DNA of 64,000 nucleotides from an uncultured Candidatus Kuenenia sp. (GTDB lineage Bacteria; Planctomycetota; Planctomycetia; Pirellulales; UBA1268): NCBI GenBank assembly GCA_964545915.1, contig CAZJHQ010000005.1, positions 29,374 to 93,373 of the forward strand, read 5' to 3'. Shown piece by piece: positions 57,316 to 64,000 of this stretch (position 1 is its first letter; each line of letters starts with the position of its first letter). The notes under the pieces were generated by a model. It saw only the letters and a program-made list of their open reading frames with translations, ran no database searches and was not told where the DNA came from. The position numbers and the translations under genes were made by a program.

Positions 57316-58791
57316 TCAGGCCGCCCGCCGACCGAGCCGCTCCCGCGGCGGATGGGCCAATTGCAGCCATCCGTCCACCACGTCCGCGAGGGCGGGCTCG
57401 CCGTCGTCCGGCCCGCCTCCGCCGGGTCCGAGCCGCGGCCCACCGAGCACGAGCAGGCAATCCCGCCGGCCCAGCCCGCCGAGCAGTCGATCGAGCCGGG
57501 CGTAGGCGGTCACGTCACTCGCCGCCGCATCGGCGGCCATCATCGTCACCGGCAGGATCATGCATTCGTCGCACCACCGCGCCACCCTCCGGCGCACGGC
57601 CCCCGCGCCCACGGTCCGCACCCAGCGGTCGTCGGCCACCACCACGAGCCGGCCCGCCGTCAGCCGCCGCAGGCTGACGAGCGTCGCCGCCAACCCATGT
57701 CCGCTGGTGGGCGCGTCGTGGAACACCGGCACGTCCTGTCCCCGGTCGATCCGCTCCATGCGGCCCGGCACGCTGCCCGCGGCCTCGATGCCGCGGGCGA
57801 TCCGCTCCAGCGACACGCCGCACCGCAGGCCGATCGCCGCGGCGACCAGCGCGTCGGCGACGAACGGCGCCGTCGGCGTGTCCACGGCCACCGGCACCAT
57901 CTCCCCGGCGCCCTGCAGCAGAAATGTCTGGCCGAAGAGCCGGCGTTCCACCGGCACGGCCGTCACGTCGCACTGCGGCTTGAGGCCGGCCGACAGGCAT
58001 TCGATGCCGGCCGCAGCGCGTTCCGCCCGCCGGCGGAGGCGGGCCAACGCCGCATCGGGTGTGCCCGTCACCAGGCAGCCGCCGGGCGCCAGCCTGTCGA
58101 CGATCCGCGCGGTGATCGCGCGATACGCCCGCGTGGTGCCGTGCTGCTGGAGATTGGCGGAGCCGAGATTCGTGACGGCCACGATCGCAGCCTCGACGCC
58201 CGCCAGCGCGTGGCGGGCCAGCATGCCGCTCGACACCTCTACCACGGCATGCGTGCTGCCCGCCTCAGCGAGCCTGCCGAGCCAGGCCGCCAGCGCCGCG
58301 GGCTCCGCGTAGTCGGCCGGATCGGGCACCGTGCCTTCGGCGTCGAGGCAGCCGAGGTCGGAAAGCACGCCGACCCGCCGGCCGGCTTCGGAGAGCACCG
58401 CGGCGGTCAGCCAGGCCGCGGTGGTCTTGCCGCTGGTGCCGGTCACCGCGATCACCTTCAACGCCCGAGCAGGGTCGCCCGCCAGCGCATGGCAGAGCCG
58501 CGCATGGGCCCGATCGGTGCTGCCCACCAGGCACAGCGGCACGCCGTCGGTGGCGACCACGCGCTCGGCGATCACCGCCTTCGCGCCGCGGGCCAGGGCG
58601 CGGGCCACCCGTTCATGGCCGTCGCCGCGCCGCGTCATGCGGGCCACGAACACGTCGCCTGACCGGCAGGATTCGGGATCGTCCTGGCAGCCGCGGGCGA
58701 CGATGTCGTCGCAGGCGATGAATCGGGGCTGCTCGAGAATCTCGGACAGCCTCACGCCGCGTCCGGTGCGGCCGCGTGTCGCGTCGCTCAT
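57316..58791 (-). CDS. murE: Mur ligase family protein, MurE-like but with divergent catalytic motifs
   Basis: P-loop VTGTSGKTT and VEVSS are present. The positions I align to the canonical NL..DHLDYHG and DNPR motifs read NLGSANLQQHG and DDRW. Start ATG 58791 (MSDATRG) chosen. Confidence 0.65.
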   Translation of the reverse strand: MSDATRGRTGRGVRLSEILEQPRFIACDDIVARGCQDDPESCRSGDVFVARMTRRGDGHERVARALARGAKAVIAERVVATDGVPLCLVGSTDRAHARLCHALAGDPARALKVIAVTGTSGKTTAAWLTAAVLSEAGRRVGVLSDLGCLDAEGTVPDPADYAEPAALAAWLGRLAEAGSTHAVVEVSSGMLARHALAGVEAAIVAVTNLGSANLQQHGTTRAYRAITARIVDRLAPGGCLVTGTPDAALARLRRRAERAAAGIECLSAGLKPQCDVTAVPVERRLFGQTFLLQGAGEMVPVAVDTPTAPFVADALVAAAIGLRCGVSLERIARGIEAAGSVPGRMERIDRGQDVPVFHDAPTSGHGLAATLVSLRRLTAGRLVVVADDRWVRTVGAGAVRRRVARWCDECMILPVTMMAADAAASDVTAYARLDRLLGGLGRRDCLLVLGGPRLGPGGGGPDDGEPALADVVDGWLQLAHPPRERLGRRAA

Positions 58792-58980
58792 GGGTGGCCT
58801 CCTGCCACGGCGCCTGGCCGGCGCCTTGGAAACGATGCTCGTCGGCTCCTTCCTTGGAACCGACGCGACCGATTGTCGATCCCGGCGAAAGCAGGTCAAG
58901 GCCGCATCTGCGGGGCGACAAGCCCCCGCAGACAGCCCGTCTTGCCGCGATCAACACGCCCCGTGTACCGTTGCCGGAGC

Positions 58981-59844
58981 ATGCACGCGCGACCGCTCCC
59001 ATCGCCCGACCGCTCCGCTGGGCCGCGCATCGCCTGGCTCGGCGACGCGACGGCGGAGGAGCTCGCCTTGGCGCGGGCCTGGGTGGGCGAGTTCGCGACC
59101 CTCGTCGAACCGATGGCGGACGAGGGGCCCGTGTCCCATCCGACGGTGGCGGTGCTGGCGGCGCACCGGCCGGCCGCCTGGACGCTCTGCACCGCGGCGG
59201 CGGTGTCGCGTCGCTGGCCGCTGACGCCGTTGGTCACAGTGGTCTCGAGCCTGGCGGATGGTCGCCGCCGCAGCGGCCCCTGGCTGCCCGGCGTCGAGGA
59301 GGTGGTCTGGCACGACCTGCCGGGGCGGCTGACATGGTGGCTGGCGGAACTGGCCGCTGGCCGGCCGGGCACGCTCGGACTGCCGACGACGGCACGGCGC
59401 GAGGATCGCATCATGGAAACGGCCAGCCATGTGCGGGCTGTCGTGGCGGCGTGCGGGCAGTCGCCAGCGGTGGCCGTTGCGGGACCGTCCCGCACCGCGC
59501 TCGAGGGCGTCGCCGACCTGCTGACCGCAGCTGGATTCCGCGTCACCAGCCGCGTCCGCGGCCGGCCGCGACTCGACGATGATGCAGGTCTCCTGGTCTG
59601 GGACGCCGGCCGGCCCAGCGAGACCGACCGCGCCTGGCTGGAGATGCTCGCCGCCCATCGCCCCGGGCTGGGCATCGTGCTGCTCGATTCCTTTCCCAGA
59701 GGCGACACGGTCCGGGCGGCGCTGCGGTCCGGGGCCGCCGCCGTTCTCGGCCGGCCGGTCGGCCTCGAGGCCCTCGCGGGCACGCTCCTCCGGATCCGAT
59801 CCGGGCCCGGGAATGCCCTTGGAGCCCCCGCGCCGACCGGCTAG
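58981..59844 (+). CDS. Hypothetical protein with receiver (REC)-like C-terminal half
   Basis: LLVWDAG ... IVLLDSFPRGDTVRAALRSGAAAVLGRPVGLEAL resembles a CheY fold, with Arg where the conserved Lys is expected. There is no output domain. Confidence 0.5.
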   Translation: MHARPLPSPDRSAGPRIAWLGDATAEELALARAWVGEFATLVEPMADEGPVSHPTVAVLAAHRPAAWTLCTAAAVSRRWPLTPLVTVVSSLADGRRRSGPWLPGVEEVVWHDLPGRLTWWLAELAAGRPGTLGLPTTARREDRIMETASHVRAVVAACGQSPAVAVAGPSRTALEGVADLLTAAGFRVTSRVRGRPRLDDDAGLLVWDAGRPSETDRAWLEMLAAHRPGLGIVLLDSFPRGDTVRAALRSGAAAVLGRPVGLEALAGTLLRIRSGPGNALGAPAPTG

Positions 59845-59881
59845 CATCCCGCCTCCTTCCCGTCGCCCGGCACTGCCCTCC

Positions 59882-60769
59882 ATGACAGCCCGAGATCGCC
59901 TCCTGTCGCGGAGCCTGGTCGCCGCCGTGCTGGCCTGCGGCACCTTCGGCTGCGCGCGGCTGGCCATCGGCCCCGGCCTCAATGCCGCCGCGTTGCAGGC
60001 CACAACGCTCGTGCCGTGGCACGCCGCGGTCGATCTCCCGCGGCGGACCGAGGTGCAGGCCGGCCAGCTCGTGATCCACGCCGACTTCCCACTGGCCGAG
60101 CAGCACCGCATCGTCCGCGACCTCGAGGCCCTGCGGGCGGACGTCAGCCAGACGCTCGACATGCCGATCTCCGACGAGCCGGTGCACCTCTACCTGTTCG
60201 AGAACCCGGAGCGCTACGACGCGTTCGTCGCGCGGCAGTTTCCCTCCTTCCCCGCGCGGCGGGCGTTCTTCGTCTCCACCGACACCACGCTGGCCGTGTT
60301 CGCCGCCTGGCAGGAACGTGTCGCCGAGGATCTGCGGCACGAAACGACCCACGGCTACATCCACGCCGTGGTGCCGGCAATCCCGCTCTGGCTCGACGAA
60401 GGCATCGCCGAGTTCTTCGAGGTGCCCCGTGCCGAGCAAGGACTCCACGCGGGCCATGTCGCCCACTTGGCTGGACGGATCATCGAAGGCACGTGGCGGC
60501 CCGACCTGGCGCGGATGGAGGCGCTCGTCTCGGCGGGAGAACTCTCCCAGGATCACTACGCGGAGGCCTGGTGCTGGGTCCACTGGCTGCTGCACACCAC
60601 TCCGGAGCGGCGGCGCCTGCTCCAGGACCATTTGGCAGCCATCCGCCGCGACACGGCGACACCCCCGCTCTCGCTCGCCCTGCGGCACGCGCCCGGCACA
60701 CCCGCCGACCTCGCCGCCGCGGTCCGCCAACACGTCGAAGCGCTGGCGGCCGCGGTGGACCACCGCTGA
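59882..60769 (+). CDS. DUF1570-like putative lipoprotein metallopeptidase
   Basis: Lipobox-like LACGTFGC. HExxH-like HETTH followed by LWLDEGIAEFFE. Confidence 0.75.
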   Translation: MTARDRLLSRSLVAAVLACGTFGCARLAIGPGLNAAALQATTLVPWHAAVDLPRRTEVQAGQLVIHADFPLAEQHRIVRDLEALRADVSQTLDMPISDEPVHLYLFENPERYDAFVARQFPSFPARRAFFVSTDTTLAVFAAWQERVAEDLRHETTHGYIHAVVPAIPLWLDEGIAEFFEVPRAEQGLHAGHVAHLAGRIIEGTWRPDLARMEALVSAGELSQDHYAEAWCWVHWLLHTTPERRRLLQDHLAAIRRDTATPPLSLALRHAPGTPADLAAAVRQHVEALAAAVDHR

Positions 60770-60771
60770 CA

Positions 60772-61719
60772 TCACGCCTTCGTGAACAGCGTTCCCCGGT
60801 CGGCGACCGTGAAGCCGAGCTTCTCGAAGAGGCTGATCGCCGGCGCGTTCGTCTCGACGACCTGCGCCTCCACCAGCGTCACCCCCTCCTGGGCGAGGTC
60901 GTGGAGCGCCTCGGCCACGAGGTAACTGGCGAGCCCCTGCCGCCGCCGTGCGCCCTCGATGTCCACGTGCAAGAGTCCTGCGGCGACCACGCCCCACGCC
61001 GCTGCGATCGGCTGCATGTCCCAGAACGTGCCGCTGCCGAGCAGCTCTTCGGCGGCGTTTCGCAGTTCGTACCGCCGCAGGGCGATCCCGGTGGTCGTGG
61101 CCGCCTCCCACCACGACCGCCGCGCGGGCTCGTCGATCACCCGCAGCGTGGTGGCCCGGCGGATCGCCATCTGCAGCCGATTCACCGGCGGCCGAAAACC
61201 CGCCAGCGGCCGCCGCAACACGGCGACCCGGTCGGCGGCGGCGTAGCCGGCCCGCCGGAAGACATCCTGCATGCCCACCGATGAGTCGAGAATCCCCGGC
61301 AGGCCCGCGCCCCCGTAGAGGCCGAGATAGAAGCCGCCGACCGCGGGCGAGCCGCCGCCCCCGGGCGTCGCCACGCCGCGGCGCCGCAGGTACTCCTCGG
61401 TGCGGGCCAGCAGGCCGGCGGCCGTGTCGGCCTCGGCGGCGTGAGGCACCGTGACCACCAGCATCGTCGTGCCGATCCGCGTGTCGATCCCGCTGCGGTC
61501 GGCGTTGGCGCCGAAGCCGGCGTGGGCGAAGCCCACCATCCGCGGGCCGTCGAGGGCCACGATCAGCCCTTCGCGGTCGAAGTAGGGCTTGGAGAAGACG
61601 CACGCCTCGAGGAGCGCGGAGGTCATCGGCTGCATGGCCGACGGGCCCAGGTCGGCCGCCCGCCAGACGTCGGCGAGCCGCGGCGGATCGTCGTTGCGGA
61701 AGCAGCGATACTCGATCAC
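60772..61719 (-). CDS. GNAT-family N-acetyltransferase (two-lobed)
   Basis: C-terminal acetyl-CoA site RRRQGLASYLV ... SLFEKLGF. GTG 61719, GTGA overlap with the Rieske gene stop. Confidence 0.75.
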   Translation of the reverse strand: MIEYRCFRNDDPPRLADVWRAADLGPSAMQPMTSALLEACVFSKPYFDREGLIVALDGPRMVGFAHAGFGANADRSGIDTRIGTTMLVVTVPHAAEADTAAGLLARTEEYLRRRGVATPGGGGSPAVGGFYLGLYGGAGLPGILDSSVGMQDVFRRAGYAAADRVAVLRRPLAGFRPPVNRLQMAIRRATTLRVIDEPARRSWWEAATTTGIALRRYELRNAAEELLGSGTFWDMQPIAAAWGVVAAGLLHVDIEGARRRQGLASYLVAEALHDLAQEGVTLVEAQVVETNAPAISLFEKLGFTVADRGTLFTKA

Positions 61720-62051
61720 GGCTCCCGCCCCGCGGTGTGGCCGCCCGCGAGGCGGACGAACAAGCGGCCCCCCTCCTCCCGCACCTCGTGCACCGCCTGC
61801 CGCACCGTCGCCGACACCTTGTGACGTCCGCTGACCACGTCGAATTGCCAGCCGTGCCATGGGCAGGTGAGGGTCGTCCCGCAGAGCACGCCCGTCCCCA
61901 GCGGCCCGCCCTGGTGAGGACAGAGGCCGTCGATGGCGTGAAACCGGCCGTCCACGTTGGTGATCGCCACCATCCGCCCGTCCGCGACCCGCTCGATGCT
62001 CGCGCCCGGGGGGCACTCGTCGATCGCGGCAACCGGAATCCAGTCAGGCAT
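61716..62051 (-). CDS. Rieske [2Fe-2S] domain protein (NirD-like small subunit type)
   Basis: CPHQGGPL ... CPWHGWQF. Confidence 0.85.
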   Translation of the reverse strand: MPDWIPVAAIDECPPGASIERVADGRMVAITNVDGRFHAIDGLCPHQGGPLGTGVLCGTTLTCPWHGWQFDVVSGRHKVSATVRQAVHEVREEGGRLFVRLAGGHTAGREP

Positions 62052-62109
62052 GGCAGGCTGTCGGCGGCGGCTGGCCGGGGAGCGTAGGAAGGGAGAACGC
62101 CGCGCGACG

Positions 62110-63066
62110 TCACGCGGCCGGCCGCGGCAGTCTACTCCGTTTTTGTGGTCCGGGCTCCCCCCGCCAGCGTCTGTGGACCCACCAATATTGCCCCGGCTCG
62201 CGACGGACCGCCCGCTCCAGCAGCGACGTGTACCACTGCGACAGCGCGGTCAGGTCGGCCGTCTCGGGCCCGCCGGCCGCCGGATCGGCGATGCCCTCGA
62301 GCCGCAGGTCATAGTCGAACAGACCGCCGCGGCGTGTGGCGGAGCAGACCATCACCGGCGCCGATGACGAGAGCGCGAACACGCCGATCGCCTTGTGGAC
62401 ACTGGCGGGCCGCCCGAAGAACTCCACCCAGCAGCCCCGCGGCCCGGCCGCCTGGTCGCCAAGCAGGCCGATGGCGCCGTTCTCCTCGAGGACCAGCGCC
62501 ACGTCGGGCGCACTCCCCTTCTTGGGCAGGATTCGCTGCCCGCGCGACTCGCGGAAGTCGGTCACGAACCGGTCGAGGAGCGGGTTGTCGAGCTCGCGGG
62601 CCACCGAAAAGATGCGGAAGCCGAACAGCCCGAACAGGTAGGCCGCGAGTTCGAAGTTCCCGTAGTGCCCCGAGAGAATCACCTTCGGCCGGTCGAGCCA
62701 CAGCGTGCGGACGAAGTCTTCCATGCCGTGGATCCGCAGGGACCGCCGCCAGGTGGTCTTGTGGATCACGCGATTGGCATGGGCGATCTCCACGACCATG
62801 AGCAGCAGGTGCTCCCACATCTTGCGGGCCGTTTCCCGCCGCTCGTCGACGCTGAAGCCGGGAAATGCCTGCCGCAGGTTGTCGCGCACGACCTGCCGCC
62901 GGATGCGGACGCGATTGGCGAGGAAGTCGGAAAGCCGGCGGGCCCACTGCTCGCAACGATCCCGCGGCAGCGCCTGAATGATGCAGATCACAACCCGCAC
63001 CGCGGCGTAGGCAAGCAGGTCGACGCAGCGGGTGGAAAGGGGGCGGGCCAAAGCGATGTCGTCCAT
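62110..63066 (-). CDS. Lipid A biosynthesis (LpxL/HtrB-type) lysophospholipid acyltransferase
   Basis: HX4(D/E) motif in SGHYGNFEL. Family-typical C-terminus EPGQYWWVHRRW. Confidence 0.85.
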   Translation of the reverse strand: MDDIALARPLSTRCVDLLAYAAVRVVICIIQALPRDRCEQWARRLSDFLANRVRIRRQVVRDNLRQAFPGFSVDERRETARKMWEHLLLMVVEIAHANRVIHKTTWRRSLRIHGMEDFVRTLWLDRPKVILSGHYGNFELAAYLFGLFGFRIFSVARELDNPLLDRFVTDFRESRGQRILPKKGSAPDVALVLEENGAIGLLGDQAAGPRGCWVEFFGRPASVHKAIGVFALSSSAPVMVCSATRRGGLFDYDLRLEGIADPAAGGPETADLTALSQWYTSLLERAVRREPGQYWWVHRRWRGEPGPQKRSRLPRPAA

Positions 63067-63181
63067 GACGGCGGGAGGGGAACCCGGATTGTCGCCGCCG
63101 GCCGCCCCACGGACCAGATCGGCTGGCCGCCGCCGCCGCGGCCAGCCGGCCGGAATCTGGCGAAAGTTTGCCGGCGCCCGG

Positions 63182-63976
63182 TCAGCCCGCCGCCGCCGGC
63201 GCGGGGGTCTGGAGAAGCAGGAGCGCCAGGCTGACCGCGTTGAACAGGCCATGGAGCAGAACGGCGGGCAGGATTGATCCCGTCCGGCGGACGAGGTGGC
63301 CGAGGACGAGCGCCAGGGGAAACAGGGGCAGGAAGGCGAGCCCCTGCCCTGCGTGGGCCAACGCGAACGCGGCGGCGGCGAGGCCCACCGCCTGCCCGCC
63401 GTCGGCCTGTGGCATCCGCTTCTCCAGCCAGCCCTGGAGCACGCGGCGAAAGAACAGTTCCTCGGCCACCGGGGCCACGATCACCGCCGACACGGCCACG
63501 ATCGCCAGGGCGGCGGCGTGCCGCTGCGCCCGCAGCAGATCGACGATCGGATGCTCGTACGGCACCCACAGGTTCACCGCGTAGGCAAAGGCGAGCACCG
63601 GTGCGACGACCAGGGCCAGCCCGCCGATCGCCAGCCGCAGGTCCTCACGGGGCCGCACGTCACCGAGCCCGAGGTCGCGGAGCGACGCCCCGCGGACGAT
63701 CAGGTAGGCCAGCGAGAAGACCGTGCCCACGGCGGTCGCCAGGCCGCTCACCGCCAGCCGAATCGACAGCGGGGCGTCGTCGGCCAGGCCGGCGACTCCC
63801 GCGAACGCCACGGCGACGTGAATGAGCAGCACCTGGAGCACGTCGGCGCCGCTCCACGGCACGGGCTCATGCGGCCGCGCGGCGACGATCGGCAGGCCGG
63901 CCCGACGCCGGCGCACGATCCACGTCGCGACCAGCAGACTCGCGGCCACGGCGGCGGCCACCAGCGGCGCCGGCAC
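63182..63976 (-). CDS. CPBP-family intramembrane glutamic endopeptidase
   Basis: Motifs VAEELFFRR, FALAHA, LHGLFNA. Multiple TM helices. Confidence 0.85.
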   Translation of the reverse strand: MPAPLVAAAVAASLLVATWIVRRRRAGLPIVAARPHEPVPWSGADVLQVLLIHVAVAFAGVAGLADDAPLSIRLAVSGLATAVGTVFSLAYLIVRGASLRDLGLGDVRPREDLRLAIGGLALVVAPVLAFAYAVNLWVPYEHPIVDLLRAQRHAAALAIVAVSAVIVAPVAEELFFRRVLQGWLEKRMPQADGGQAVGLAAAAFALAHAGQGLAFLPLFPLALVLGHLVRRTGSILPAVLLHGLFNAVSLALLLLQTPAPAAAG

Positions 63977-64000
63977 GGGCAGGATGCCCGGCGGGTCGAG

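Noticed and set aside
59543-62113. 856-aa minus-strand ORF, and the similar long ORFs 58951-60162 and 31637-32983
   Set aside because: These are open frames typical of high-GC DNA. They overlap well-supported genes on the other strand or in another frame (DUF1570, GNAT, Rieske, dnaG) and have no recognisable domains.

Overview
High-GC chromosomal segment. I could not compute GC; by eye it is well above 60% except for a few short islets. The gene content is typical of Planctomycetota: DUF1559 prepilin-like protein, two Ser/Thr-kinase-WD40 giants, ECF sigma factors of the kinase-associated type, DUF1080 and DUF1570 domains, a PEP-CTERM protein and a PQQ-like beta-propeller giant. I call about 50 CDS. 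I saw no rRNA, tRNA, CRISPR array, transposase or integrase. Housekeeping blocks include dnaG-rpoD, greA, yggS, cinA, thiL-tsaE, asd, a reduced cell-wall cluster (murE-like, murB, ftsQ-like), an lpxL-type lipid A acyltransferase and comM/yifB. Accessory blocks include an iron-ADH / deoC / iron-ADH / XylR-like operon and an S46 peptidase fused to DUF1080. The standout is a compact four-gene operon at 40669-45992. It encodes two small WXG100-like helical-hairpin proteins (the central motif is W-x-D, not W-x-G), a 200-aa all-helical unknown, and a 1383-aa membrane FtsK/SpoIIIE ATPase with three tandem P-loop modules, of which only the middle one is intact. That is the minimal signature of a type VII (ESX/Ess)-like secretion module, here in an LPS-encoding diderm-type genome and without the other canonical T7SS components nearby. 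I also found two families of interspersed palindromic intergenic repeats (two copies each in this window). A possible MITE-like 339-bp insert bracketed by a 10-bp direct repeat sits just upstream of thiL. Many long ORFs in the six-frame track are antisense shadows typical of high-GC DNA and were rejected. All starts are hand-picked and several are uncertain.
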